Shown here one piece after another: positions 1-13,573 of a stretch of 64,000 bases of DNA. The stretch covers positions 118,792,001-118,856,000 of the forward strand of contig OX597817.1 of the NCBI GenBank assembly GCA_951406725.2, given 5' to 3'. The notes below the pieces were generated by a model, which had not been told where the DNA came from, searched no databases, and was given only the letters and a program-made list of their open reading frames with translations. A program made the position numbers and the translations under genes. Source of the DNA: Octopus vulgaris. Its lineage: Eukaryota. Within the stretch, counting starts at the first letter, position 1, and each line of letters begins with the position of its first letter.

Positions 1-35
<35 letters not shown>

Positions 36-157
36 GAATAAATACATGGAGTTTAACGCAGGTGTAATCAAATATTTTTACTTTCGACACGTTTTGCTGC
101 CCTGGTAACTATATATTTATTTTTTTCCGTGTAAATTGTTAACACGGTAAAAATATA

Positions 158-191
<34 letters not shown>

Positions 192-450
192 GTGTGTGTG
201 TGTATCTATACATGTTCATATATCTGCGTTCATGTGTATGTAAAAGTTTGTGTTTATATATTTCTGCTGCATATATATAAATAAATAGATAAATAACAAA
301 TATTCTATAATTATAAACATAAATATAATTAGGGATCAGCTAATTGCATCACCACATACCGAATTTAGAAATAGGATTTAAAAATTCATTTTACCCTTTT
401 ATTATAAATAGATAACTAAATATATTCCTGTATCTCTTTGCACGTATATA

Positions 451-652
451 CTCTCCCTCTTTTACTTGTTTCAGTCATTTGACTGGAGCACCGCCTTGAG
501 TCGAGCAAATCGACCCCAGGACTTATTCTTTGTAAGCCTAGTACTTATTCTACCGGTCTCTTTTGCCGAGCCACTAAGTTACGGGGACGTAAACACACCA
601 GCATCGGTTGTCAAGCGATGTTGGGAGGACAAACACAGACACACAAACATAT

Positions 653-716
<64 letters not shown>

Positions 717-877
717 CAGGCTTCTTTCAGTTTCCGTCAACCAAATCCACTCACAACGCTTTGGTCGGCCCGAGGCTATAGTAGAAGACACTTGCCCAAT
801 GTGCCACGCAGTTGGACTGAACCCAGAACCATGTGGTTGGTAAGCAAGCTACTTACCACACAGCCACTCCTGCGCCT
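451..877 (-). mobile_element. tRNA-derived SINE family A, full length, with internal (TA)n
   Basis: Minus-strand head AGGCGCAGGAGTGGCTGTGTGGTAAG (A box), GGTTCAGTCC (B box), TTGGGCAAGT CORE-like motif, internal microsatellite and GACTGAAACAAGTAAAAGAG tail. More than ten homologous copies lie in the window. Confidence 0.9.
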
Positions 878-2268
878 ACATATGAAGAACAACGTTTCTT
901 TTATATTTGTTTCATTAAATGCACGACTTTATTCATGATTATCTTTTATATATTAGCTTAGTTTTTAAATATTTTCCTATTGGTTTTTAACAATTGGTTT
1001 GGAACAACAGAGTTCCTAAATTTGTGTCCCACGTATCTAGATCTTCACAATTGTGTAGGACCTTGTGTTACGAACTCTGCTGTATGAAACAATTAGCATA
1101 AAAAGCTAATCAGAAATTATAAGCACTTCTGATACAGGATAAAATTTCGTCGTGGTCGTGTATGTAATGAAACGTGTGTATGTGTTAAAGGAATGAAAAA
1201 GCAGTTACACGAAATTATGAATTGTCAAAACAATTTCATAACGATGTCATACCTTTACATCATATGATGACTGCCGCTTTGTTGCAATGTATTTTCCAAG
1301 AAATACCAGTTTCTTTAAACTGTTTGTCGCAATTATCGAAGAACTACTAGATATTCCTTTGCATTTCTGATAATTGCATTCTGAGTAGCATGTCATTATA
1401 TCAGGATTACCTTTAATTTTGATATGAGACAATGCGTATTCAATATATTAATACATTTTTAATGATAGGAAATCATTTCCTTTGAATTTTCTGTACTAGC
1501 CGTGTATATGCTAGAAGCTAACTAGCTGTTTTAGCACGATCAACGGGATCTTGCTACATTGATGTGTATGTCTGTGTGTATGAATATACAGATTGAAGCA
1601 CTAACATAAACATGATGTTCAGGTGATCTGATGAGCTAGCCTTTATCTTCATTCATTTGTAAATGTGTCATTGTATTGTGCAGTGCCTAGCACGCTTGTT
1701 AGTGTAGACATTTAAAATAATTTATCATACATGAAAGCTAAAGTTACATTGATGACGGCTGCGAAACGGCAGTAATCCTAAGAATAAGTGGCTAAATAAA
1801 TATATTCACCTCGCATATCTCTTGATATCTTTGTACGGTTTATTTACTCTCCGTGAAATATTTTCATCGATTGAATCTTCTGCATTACATCTGCATTATA
1901 CTCTTCCGTGTTGGATTACAATGAGGAATGATAGCCGGATAGACGAGAGGACTTTTCTGTGACAGCCACGTGATTTTATCAATCCATATATTGCATACGC
2001 GTATATAAATGTATGTGTATACACGTTTATATATTTAGATAGGAACATATATATGTGCATACGTGAGTGTATGTGCGTGCGTGTATATGCGTATGTATGT
2101 GTTTGTGAGGTATGTATGTGCATAAGCATGAATATATGCATGCAAATAGTTACTTGCAACCTACTTCAAAACAAATCACAAAAATCTGGTAATGGGTGTT
2201 TAAATACTTTGAATAGATTGAAAATTATTAATGAGTTTCAACAAGTGTGAAAAACCTAGTTATTTCAT

Positions 2269-2301
<33 letters not shown>

Positions 2302-2455
2302 TTTCATATTTCTATGTATACATTTTTACATATGTAAACATACGTTTATATATACGTTAATATATATCTGCAACTATAAAACAAATATATATTTGTGTGT
2401 GTGTGCGTGCGGATGTGTATATTTTTTATGTATACATTTTTATGCATATATAAGC

Positions 2456-2494
<39 letters not shown>

Positions 2495-3003
2495 CACGTA
2501 TGAAAATCTATGTACTTTGTATGTGTGTGTGTACACTTGTATGTATGTATGTATGTATGTATGTATGCATGCATGTATGTACTCTTATGATCAAAAATCT
2601 GCTTCGTGGGTCAACAGTAAATTATTGAAGCATATTTTCTCAAATGGTGTTTCTATTGCTATTTCTTACCTCGTTCCAAGCAAGTAGCATTATCCCGCAT
2701 TGGGAACATATTTTCATAGAAGATCAATAACACGCAACGCATCCTGTGTATCGATGAAGATGATGGTGATTACTAGCACGTTAAATCATAAAATATGGAC
2801 AAAATCACATACACAAATCTGCATACAATACATACAAACGTGAATTATGTATACAAATGTCTCAACGCAGGTTTGCATACATACAGTATATAGCCATTTA
2901 AATGTATTCAATATGTATATACAGTGTATCATTGTATATATTTATACATATTTGCATACACTACATATGTATACAGGGATATATATATATATATATATAT
3001 ATA

Positions 3004-3200
3004 TGTTTGACTGTGGCCATGCTGGAAGACCCACTTTAGCCAAGCAAATTGAACCCAAGGCTTATTCTTTGTAAGCAAAGTACTTATTCTATCGACTCTT
3101 TTGCCGAACTGCGATGTCATGGAGTCGTAAACACAGCAGCATCGGTTGTCAAGCGATGTTGGAGAACAAACACAGACACATAAACATACACACATACATG

Positions 3201-3240
<40 letters not shown>

Positions 3241-3340
3241 GGGCATCTTTCCTTTTCCGTCTACCAAATCCACTCACAAGGTTTTAGTCGGCCCGAGGCC
3301 GACACTTGGCCAAGGTCCCACCGCGTGGGACTGAACCGAA
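3004..3340 (-). mobile_element. SINE family A, truncated
   Basis: Homologous to 451-877, lacking the head and part of the tail. Confidence 0.85.
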
Positions 3341-3546
3341 ACCATATATATATATACATATACATATACATACATGTATATACATATAGATATAAACATA
3401 TACATTATATATATATATAGTAGAAATATGTTACAAAAAGAAAATATAAAATACACGTAGAAATGTAAGCGGAAAATAAGAAAAATCAACGAAAATGCAC
3501 ATTAATGTGCATTTTCGCTGATTTTTCTTATTTCCCCCCATATGTA

Positions 3547-3685
3547 TAAGTACAAAATAATAAATAAATAGTATATAATTGGTAAAGACTACACGTGTTT
3601 CGTGGCTATATTTTGAAAACATAGCCACGAAACACGTGTAGTCTTTTTACTAATTATATACTATTTATTTATTATTTTGTACTTA
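3547..3685. repeat. Near-perfect fold-back palindrome (~65-bp arms) carrying hammerhead 3'-half motifs
   Basis: taagtacaaaataataaataaatagtatataattggtaaagactacacgtgtttcgtggctat is mirrored by atagccacgaaacacgtgtagtctttttactaattatatactatttatttattattttgtactta. Confidence 0.95.
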
Positions 3686-3894
3686 ACTTCATCATAGGTA
3701 TATGTTTCATCGTATATTTAATTTTTTTCTATATGGTATGATTTAATTATCAATGTTGAATTGCTACATGGTGGTTCTTCTCTAATTTAAATGCATATAT
3801 TATATGTTGCGAAATTTGATTTAGTAACACTAAATTGAATTTTTCCCTGTAAGTTTGGAATCATATTCCCTAATATATATATATATATATATAT

Positions 3895-4162
3895 ATACTA
3901 CAAAATTAGAGAATGGAGAAACATACTTAAATCAGTAAAACATCAACTATCCGTGATTTATTTGCATATTATATTTGAAATTTTTTACTTATATCTCTTT
4001 ATCTTTTTATTTTTACTTTTACTATTACTGTATATCTCATTTCATTTTATATATTGCCTTTACTCATATGTAATGGTGTATTAAAGTATGGATTGAGTAT
4101 CATCGGATAGTTGATGTTTTACTGATTTAAGTATGTTTCTCCATTCTCTAATTTTGTAGTAT
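3895..4162. repeat. Perfect 59-bp inverted repeat with 150-bp spacer
   Basis: 3895-3953 is the exact reverse complement of 4104-4162. The left arm abuts a (TA)n tract. Confidence 0.95.
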
Positions 4163-4326
4163 TAATTTACGGTAATATTATTACCTTTACCCATTTAATA
4201 CAATGGATGAACTGATTGCTTGACAATTTTTAACATCTATGTATTAATTTTGTTGGGTACCTATCTAGCAGTATATTGGATATATATTATCCCATGGTGG
4301 GTTGAATTTTCAACCCCTATCTCATT

Positions 4327-4364
<38 letters not shown>

Positions 4365-4391
4365 TACATACATATAATGCCACATATATAA

Positions 4392-4606
4392 TCTTTTCTA
4401 CTCTTAGCACAAGGCCCGAAATTTTGGAGGAGGGGGCATGTCGATAAGATTGACCCTGTTACGCAACTGGTGCTTCATTTATCGACCCTGAAAGAATGAA
4501 AAGCAAAGTCGACCTCAGCGAAATTTGAACTCAGAGCATAAAGACAGACGAGATAATGCTAAACATTTCACCCAGCGAGCTAATGTTTCTGCCAGCTCGC
4601 CACCTA
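4392..4606 (-). mobile_element. tRNA-derived SINE family B (Deu/Nin-like core)
   Basis: Minus strand reads AGGTGGCGAGCTGGCAGAAAC...GAGTTCAAATT (B box)...TTTTCATTCTTTCAGGGTCGATAAATGAAGCACCAG. Many copies in the window. Confidence 0.85.
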
Positions 4607-4864
4607 GGTAGGTTACTATACCACACCTCGTCTCCAAGCAATCTTCAAGCATATTATAAAAACCTACCTAGACCCGCATCTTCAATCATGAAACTATTTG
4701 TAGTTCACGTTTTAAGACTGTCTACATTACATAGTATTTTTCTTTATGATGGAGTACATTTTTAGCTGATCAACCTTAAAGGAACAGTAAACTATACACA
4801 AATATATTGCTATACGCATATGTGTGTGTGTTTGTATGCATACATGTTTTTATGTGTGCATACG

Positions 4865-5100
4865 GCTGTCTCCTTGTGGTTAGTGTGTTGCGCTTATGAA
4901 AGGGAGATACTGAGTTCGTCGCCTCAGAATAGGCAATGAGCTGTATTCTTGTACGAAACAATCCTTCTTACGTTGCTCTGCGGTCACTTCCTCTTCTGAC
5001 GCGTGTCCTACAGATTACCTAAACAGATAAGGTTGATTTGATGCAGGGAGTGAGCCTATGTGCAGCGCAAAGATTTTATCACTATAAATAAGCTGTGCGC
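4865..5100 (+). mobile_element. Degenerate tRNA-derived SINE (family C-like)
   Basis: gtggttagtgtg...gagttcg...ttcttg...acgttgctc is collinear with 34169-34420. Confidence 0.45.
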
Positions 5101-7193
5101 AGGTGTTTCAACCAGATATTGCAAAACTGTTTTTCTCGGCCTCGTGAGACTAACATTAGGTATATATATATGTGCGTGTGTGTGTAAATAAATATATATG
5201 TATATAATTGGAATTTCATAGGCATAAACATGATTGTATAGATATGTAAAAATATATATCCACATGTGTATATATATGTATGTGTGTGTGTGTGTGTGTG
5301 ATATGATATAATATAAAAGGATAAAATTGTTAAAAATGTTATCATTTGCAGCATATAAAAATATAGACCTATTTTCTATGCCCTTAATTATAATTATATA
5401 TATATATGTGTATCTGTGTGTGTGTGTGTACATATGCATAATTTTTTATGCATATATGCAGAGATATATATGTGTAGATGTATCGACATGTATATCTACA
5501 TATTTATGCATGTGTGTGTGTGTATATATATATATATACGTATATATATCTGTACGTATAGATAATCGTTTGTGTGTTTCTGCATATGTGTATGTATACA
5601 TGTACATAAGTGCACTGAAGCATATGTAGATATGCATAGATATGTATGTGTATGTACACATATATTTACGTATATGTGTGTACATGTTTATACATATATG
5701 TATATGTATTTGTGTGTGTACATGCACATTATACTCACCTATACGTACATGCCTATATAAGTTTTTCTACTCTTTTGTGTATATTACTTTTGTGTCTATT
5801 TACTTTCCATTTGAAAGCTAATCCTGCAAATGCTAATCGTAATATCGGATGTGCTAAACTCTAATTGCTGCACATAGTCACACGATTCAATTTATCCTTG
5901 TATTTCACTTGCAATAGTTTTTGCAGCAGTCTTACACACTGAACTATTGAAATATGTGACTAATTATAAATTATGAAGTGGCTGTCAATATATTGTTTTA
6001 TCTAGGTTGCATTATATTACAATATATTTTAGCTCCATTTCTTTGCAACTGATACAATTTGTAAATATGTGTTTACTGTTTGCAATATGTTATCAACAAG
6101 TTATTTTTACAGTATAATAGTGGATGTTAACATTATATTTATTAGACAGGATTGTATTGTGTGTGCCCTAGCAGGCTAGAAGCTAACCTGAGGAACCTGA
6201 GACAACCATCTCCATGGAAATATTTTGTGCAAAATATATACCCTTGAAGACTTCATGTTTCTTGGCTGCACATTCCTGAAAACTTAAAATTCAATAGATC
6301 ACTGATACTAGGCAATGAATTTTAATTTTGAAAGGGTGTAAATCAGCTGTTTTCTCAGTGTTTAACAAATAATGTTCATGTAACAATTCTTATCTTTGTA
6401 GGTGCAAAATAATCTATTGTAACAAAACTGAAATGGTGAATTTTGACTTCAAAAGATAGCAGATTAAATAGTAAAACAGAAATAATATTTGTAATATTCG
6501 TGCCTTCCCTAAGACCATTTCCACCAAACGTGAAGGGAAATGGTAGCAATCAGGAATCATGATGTGGTCTTTTTACTTCCTGAAACTAACATATGTAACA
6601 CCATAAAAATTTCAGAATATTTAATCTGAGTGAGAAAACCATATTAATGAATTGTAACATTAAGAATGATTCCAAACATAATAGTAATTACCTTGGAACT
6701 CCTTAGTAGAGATAGTAATGATATTGGTAGATAATAATTTTGGAGGAGGGGGCCTGTCGATAAGATTGACCCTGTTACGCAACTGGTGCTTCATTTGCTT
6801 AAACATATTTACTTACTTTTATTAGGTGCAATATTTTCTACTAGATATTGTAGATTTATAAGCGGAAATCTTTGTCAGCTTAGTCGGTCACCCTATACAT
6901 GAAACATATGAGAATTTACCAAATGATATTGTGGAAGTGGAAGAGTTAAAGGAGAAAAGTATGAAAAGCTAAATAAATTTATTATACAATACAAATGGGA
7001 AAAAAAACAGCCAGCAACATATCAAAAGTTTTAGGGATTTTTTCTTTTTTTTTCATCTTTATCCACAAAATACAATCCAAATTATTGTTATTATTGATAA
7101 ATTCAGTTTCAGTTGACACATGATTTCACAGTCATTTGGTCATTTTTATCATATTTAGCTGTGAAACTGAAAAGTCAGTTTAACATACTCATA

Positions 7194-7253
<60 letters not shown>

Positions 7254-8077
7254 TGTATTGTTATGTATTATGTATGTATGTTATTTGGTGCAAACTTAAT
7301 ATCAGAAATTTGTTCTGTTAGGTATGAAAACCAAAAAAAGAATAACGTAAAATAAAATAACATTAAAACATGAAACAATCCATTAAAGAACAAAGATTAT
7401 GGAATAATGAATTTGTCATTTGGTTCTTTTTTTGTTTTTTGTTAATTGTTTTGTTGTTGACAAATGGAAAAACAAACATAACTGGAGTAGTTTATAAGGT
7501 AGACATTTTGTATTTTGTTTTAAGCATGGTTAACAGTATGTAAATTTCAGAAATTTAAATATTAATACTGAGCAACAATAACCATAAATAATGAATTCTA
7601 ACATTAAGAATGATTTCTAACATAACAATAATTATCTTAATACTGATAATAATGATAATATCTGTAGATAGAATTAATATCTCTCTTGGTTGTAAGGCTC
7701 CTGCTTTGTAAGGTATGTTGGGGGGTGGGATTGGGTGGAATAGATTGATTTTTTTTTTCATTAGTTTCAGTAAATTGTTATCATTTGTCTTCAGTAAATT
7801 ATCATTTTTTATGTTTTTTATACAGCAGGGATGGAAAGAACTGTCTGTGGCTGAGAGTTGACCTACCAGAAAAATCTGGTACCAAACTTGATATTGTGAA
7901 CCATCAAGTTTAGCTCTATGTTAACACCTGCAACAACTTTGAAATCTTAATAAATAATGATGTTTGTAGTTAGTATCACAGTCATAATTTTATCTCTTTC
8001 CTGTATACTATTTTTGTTTAAATTATTATATTTATAACAACAATAATAATGTATTGTTATCATCACTATTAATGTTG

Positions 8078-8180
8078 AAGGTGGCAAAGTGGCAGAATTA
8101 GTTCTAGCTCTCTGAGATCATATCCCACTAAGGTCAACTTTACATTTCATCTTTTTGGGGAAGATGAATTAAGTACTAAT
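8078..8180 (+). mobile_element. Degenerate SINE family B fragment
   Basis: aaggtggcaaagtggcagaatt...aaggtcaactttacatttcatctttttgggg...aagtact. Confidence 0.6.
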
Positions 8181-11100
8181 TCAGAGTAGTAGATGAGTGG
8201 AAGTATTATAACACTAGACAACACACTTTGTGATATCTTTTCCACTTCTTTCCATTCTTAATTCAGTTTCCACTTGCCTTCACCAGGCCCATCAAGGAAA
8301 GGTTAAAGGGAGTAGGCTTCCAATGTCAAATAGTACTACATCAGTTGGAGCAACATCTTGAATGCATCAAGTATACATGAATACAAAATGTAGGCCCTGC
8401 ACTAGAAGGTAGGACAGAAAATAAAATTAATATAAGTGTTGGGTGTGATGGACATAGTTGTCAGTCAATCATTCTTTAAAAACAGACACTGTGACCTGGT
8501 TTCAATTCCAAATAGTAGCCACATTCTATTACATGAATAACACGGCAGAGTGAGCAGTTTCCTCTACTTCCCCTTACTTCGCAAACCTGAGGCTTTTTGC
8601 CAATATAATACTAAAAAATTCCTTTACAGTAGTGCTAAACTAATGCAATTTGAGAAAAGTATGAATTAATTCTGCATCTATACACTTCCTCTTCTTCTAG
8701 ATGTAGGAAATTATGCCTAATTAAGAAAAGACAATTATTTTAAAATTTATCTTTAATAATGTCTCTATTCTTATTGTTTCCTTCTTTAATATATTTTCTT
8801 TCAAAATTTGTCAGTAGTTAAATAACTACAGCTCATAAACTTTAAAAGGGAAATAAAAAAAGAAAATTAGCAACATATTTTGGTGATTAACACAGCCTCT
8901 AGTCAGTGATTACTGTTCTTATTGTATTTGCTAGCCAAAGTAGATTTTCTTTGAATTATATAATCAATTTCAAAAACAATATAATAAACTAAATAACTTA
9001 AAATTTTTGTAAACGAGGGCTTAATCACGCTTATCTTTATAGTATGTCGACGCTTGTAAGGTCCCATACATTTTCTTTTACTAAAAATTAGTTTTGTCAA
9101 AACGTTATTTTTTTTCTGTCTGTATGCTTGTGTGACTTACATAGTACCTAATAATAATGTAGCTAATAAAGTAGCAATGCAAAAGGGGTGAAACTCCCAA
9201 AGAATCCCTTACTCATCAAAAATTTATACGTTCTTTTAAATATATATACATACATATATATATATATATGTATGTATGCATAAATATGTGTGTGTGTGTA
9301 TGTGTGTTTTTGTTTTTTAATGTAAATGCATTACATGTATATGTACATATATGTATATATGTGAGGGTTACATGTGTGTTTGTAATTTCAATATAAATGA
9401 GATTAAAGTTGGGGGTGTAAAAGTAACTGAAAAACAATCAATTAACCAAACAATGTATGAAATGAAGTCACCTATACTCCATACCATTTTCATTCTGAAT
9501 TTAATTTGGCTGTTTTGCAACCGAGTTTAAGGAAATATTTCCAATTGCATTATTTTTTTAAATCTTCTTTTGTCGTTCTTTATTCTTCTCCTGGTAGAAA
9601 ACATATGACTGGTCAGATGTCAAATTCAAAGATATTTTAGACTCTGTATATTTAAACACTTTTATTCTTTCTTTATTTATATATTTTTTAACCTTAAAAG
9701 TAAATATTTTTTATTGGTGTCCATGTTGTTTCCAAAAGAAAAAAAAATTAAATAAATTAAAAATAATAATGGTAATAATAATAATTAATAATAATGGAAA
9801 TCAAAATAATAATAATGATAATAATAATAATAATAACAAATAACAAATTATTCACAGTATAGAACATCAGAAGCATCATATTTTTTTCACTTTTTTGTTT
9901 GTTTGTTCAAGCATTTGTGAACTCTAATTAAATGAATTAATAAACAAAGGAAGAGTTCTGGAAGGGAAAATTATTTAACTTCTTTTCCCCCAAAATTTTC
10001 TGTTTTCTTTTCATTTATTTTTTCTTTCTTTATTACTTTGTTATTTATTTTTTCTTGTTGTTGTTGTTCTTTTTCAAACAGTCACATGATGGGAAAGGGT
10101 TTCAGTCCAGATCTGGAATGGAGAAGAGGCGAAGGAAGAGAAAGAAGAGGAGGAGAATATAGCTGCTTTGGGATTGTTTTGTTGCCATCTCTGCTTTTGT
10201 TTGTTTGGTTTTGGTTTGTTTTTTTCTTTTTTTCCAAATATATTTCTTTATTTTTTCCAAAGCTCCCAGATACTCTTTTTTTTTTTTATCTCTGGATGAC
10301 TTAAGGAAATTGGTTCATATATATTTGTTTCATAATTTGTTTTTTTCCTATATCTCCATATACCCATTTAGAAAATGGCATGTCAACATTTTTGTAATGC
10401 TTCTTTTGTTACCTGATATATATATACTTATATACATATATATATCCAACTGTAATAAGAAGAAGAATGAACAAAACAAATGTTAATTGTGTCTTATTGG
10501 GCTATTTTTAAATAACAGGGAGTATGGAAAATTTTTTCCAGTTTTACATTCAACTTTTATGGATATTCCTTAACTGAATTGTACTTTCGATAATAAATTG
10601 ATTATTAGGTAATTTTTACTTAAAATTTGAAAACTTATTATTACATTATTCACTAATCTTATAATTCATTCACATTTTCCTTTAACCTTTTTCCTGTCAT
10701 ATAACAGACAATTAGTTCAACCCATAGCTTAATTTTCTCAGAGTTTTCAATATATCTAGTCAACTAATGTATATTCAATATATTTAGTCAAATAATATAT
10801 ATATTTCAACTATAAGATTTTTATCATTAATGCTATTTTTAAAATGTATCTTATCTTGCATTAATGAGAGCAGATCGTATTAATTTATGCATGGGCAAAT
10901 AATGATGCAGGATGTAATGAATTTTAAATATATTTTTTACAACTTATTAACAAAGTATATATAAATTCAGTCATCACAATCAACAACATTGACATTATTA
11001 TTAATAACAATAACAACTCTGAACTGAATATAAATAGGAGTATTCTAAATAACTATGAGTTAATTAGTTTAAATATTACCCTTGGCAAATAATATAATTC

Positions 11101-11229
11101 TGAAATATATACATATACGCAGGCATAAAGACATGCTCAAACATAGATATGCATTCTCACATCTATATACAGATGTACGTACATACACACACATACCCAC
11201 ATATACATATATACAAATGCACTTACATA

Positions 11230-12014
11230 CAGACACACAGATATATATATATATATATACACACACACATCTATGTATATATGTATGTGTATATATAAAT
11301 ATATATGCATATATAAATGTGTATATATGTATATATATATGAATATATATATGTATGTATATATATATATTGTATATATGTGTGTCTATGTATGTATATA
11401 TATATATATTGTATATATGTGTCTATGTATGTATATATATATATTGTATATATGTGTGTCTATGTATGTATATATATATTGTATATATGTGTGTCTATGT
11501 ATGTATATATATATATTATATATGTGTGTCTATATGTATATATGTGTCTATATGTATATATATATGTATAATGTGTCTATATGTATATATATATGTATAT
11601 GTGTCTATATGTATGTATGCATATATATGTATATGTGTATATATATATGCATATGTATATATTTGTATATATACATATATATATATGTATGTATATATAT
11701 ATATATATGTATACATATATATCTATATATGTATATATAGATAGATATATGTATATATAGATAGATATATGTATATATAGATGGATATATGTATATATAG
11801 ATGGATATATATATATATATATAGATATATATATATATATATACAGATATATATATATGTATAGATATACATATATATCTATATATATAGATATATGTAT
11901 GTATATATATTTATATGAATATATATATACATATACACACACACATACATATACAAACATACACACATATATATACATATTATTCATTCACATTATATAC
12001 ATATAAACAAACAT

Positions 12015-12062
<48 letters not shown>
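11230..12062. repeat. Compound microsatellite/minisatellite array
   Basis: (TA)n, (TATG)n and (TAGA)n tracts, with a ~30-35-bp higher-order unit (tatatgtgtgtctatgtatgtatatatatatattg) repeated about five times over 11375-11530. Confidence 0.95.
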
Positions 12063-12065
<3 letters not shown>

Positions 12066-13363
12066 GCATATGCATTGTGATGGAAAATGCAATGATGCCT
12101 TTTCAGGAATGATAACTATGTAAGCAAAAGTTGATTATCAATTCAGCTTTTATGACAAAAGCTCATCACTCGTTTCTGATACCTTACATATTCTCTGAAA
12201 AGTAGAATACCGCTGACTTATGCCTAATTTAAATCTCTTGTCAAATAATGCTTATTATGAAAGTCAAGATTGACAAGAAATGATGACCGGTCAACCATTT
12301 TCAAAATAATTTTTTATGCTATTAATCAATAATTTAATTTTAACAAACATAAACCTAAACCTTTTTTCTTTTGTTTTGCCATCATGATTCTCTTTTTTAC
12401 CATTTTAAATTTTCAACCTCCTCTCACAATTTCTACTAAGTTTTATCTAGTGTTTCATTAAAATCTTTTCAGCAATTCTCCCTAAAAAAAAGAAAAAAAA
12501 CCCCCAAAATAATAACAAGTTTTTGTTCATCTTTTTCATTTGAGGATGCATTTTTTTGTTTGTTTTTGTTTTTTATGAAAATTTGGTAACAACTTTCTGT
12601 GTCATGCTTTACAGCAGTTCAATCATTTTGACTTCATATTTGATTGTTTATTCATTTTCTTTTTTTTTTCTTTTCTTTTTTACCTTTCAAAATTCTGTTT
12701 CGATTTGAAGTTTCTTTTATTTTTCTTCTTGATTTTATTTTGTTGAATATATATATTATTTTTTTTTTCTTTTGAAAACATATAAAGCAAGTTGATGAAC
12801 ATTATCACTATTTCACATCATATCAGATGCTAGTTTTTTTGATATAAATTTGTTTTGTTTCTAAATATAAACCCAACCAGCAAATCTACAATGGATCAGG
12901 TCAAGTTATGTTGTTTAAAAAAAAAATATATATATAGATAAAAACAAAATGGGGAAAAAGAAAAAAAAAACCACCACTTATTGGTTCATAATACATAACT
13001 AAAAATTAAAATAGTAAAGAAATGAAATCAACACAAGTATCTAGAAAGTAGCCACACTTGAAAACCCTCGAATCTTCCAATTGAGATGTGAAACCATTTG
13101 GCTTGCTTTATAAGTTTTAAACTAATTTAAATAATTTTTCCCCTCTCTCTGTACTTATTCAGTTTCTATTGCTCTCTCTCAGTATATCTATGTATATCTA
13201 TCTATCTATCTCTGTATCGATATATATACATATATATATACACACACACACATATATATACATGTATATATATATACACACATATGTGTGTGTATGTATG
13301 TATATATATATGTGTGTGTACGTATGTATATATATATACACACAAGTACATATGTATACTTTT

Positions 13364-13573
13364 ATCATTATTTGAATTATGATGTAGAAGATATCCAATA
13401 ATCTCACAAGTAATGATGTTCAGGCCCAGCTAACAGATAATTTATTATATCTCACTGTTATGAATCATCATTATTTGAATTATGATGTAGAAGATATCCA
13501 ATAATCTCACAAGTAATAATGTTCAGGCCCAGCTAACAGATAATTTATTATATCTCACTGTTATGAATCATCA
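13364..13573. repeat. Tandem duplication, 103-bp unit x2
   Basis: Copies start at 13364 and 13467. One visible mismatch (gtaatgatg vs gtaataatg). Confidence 0.95.
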
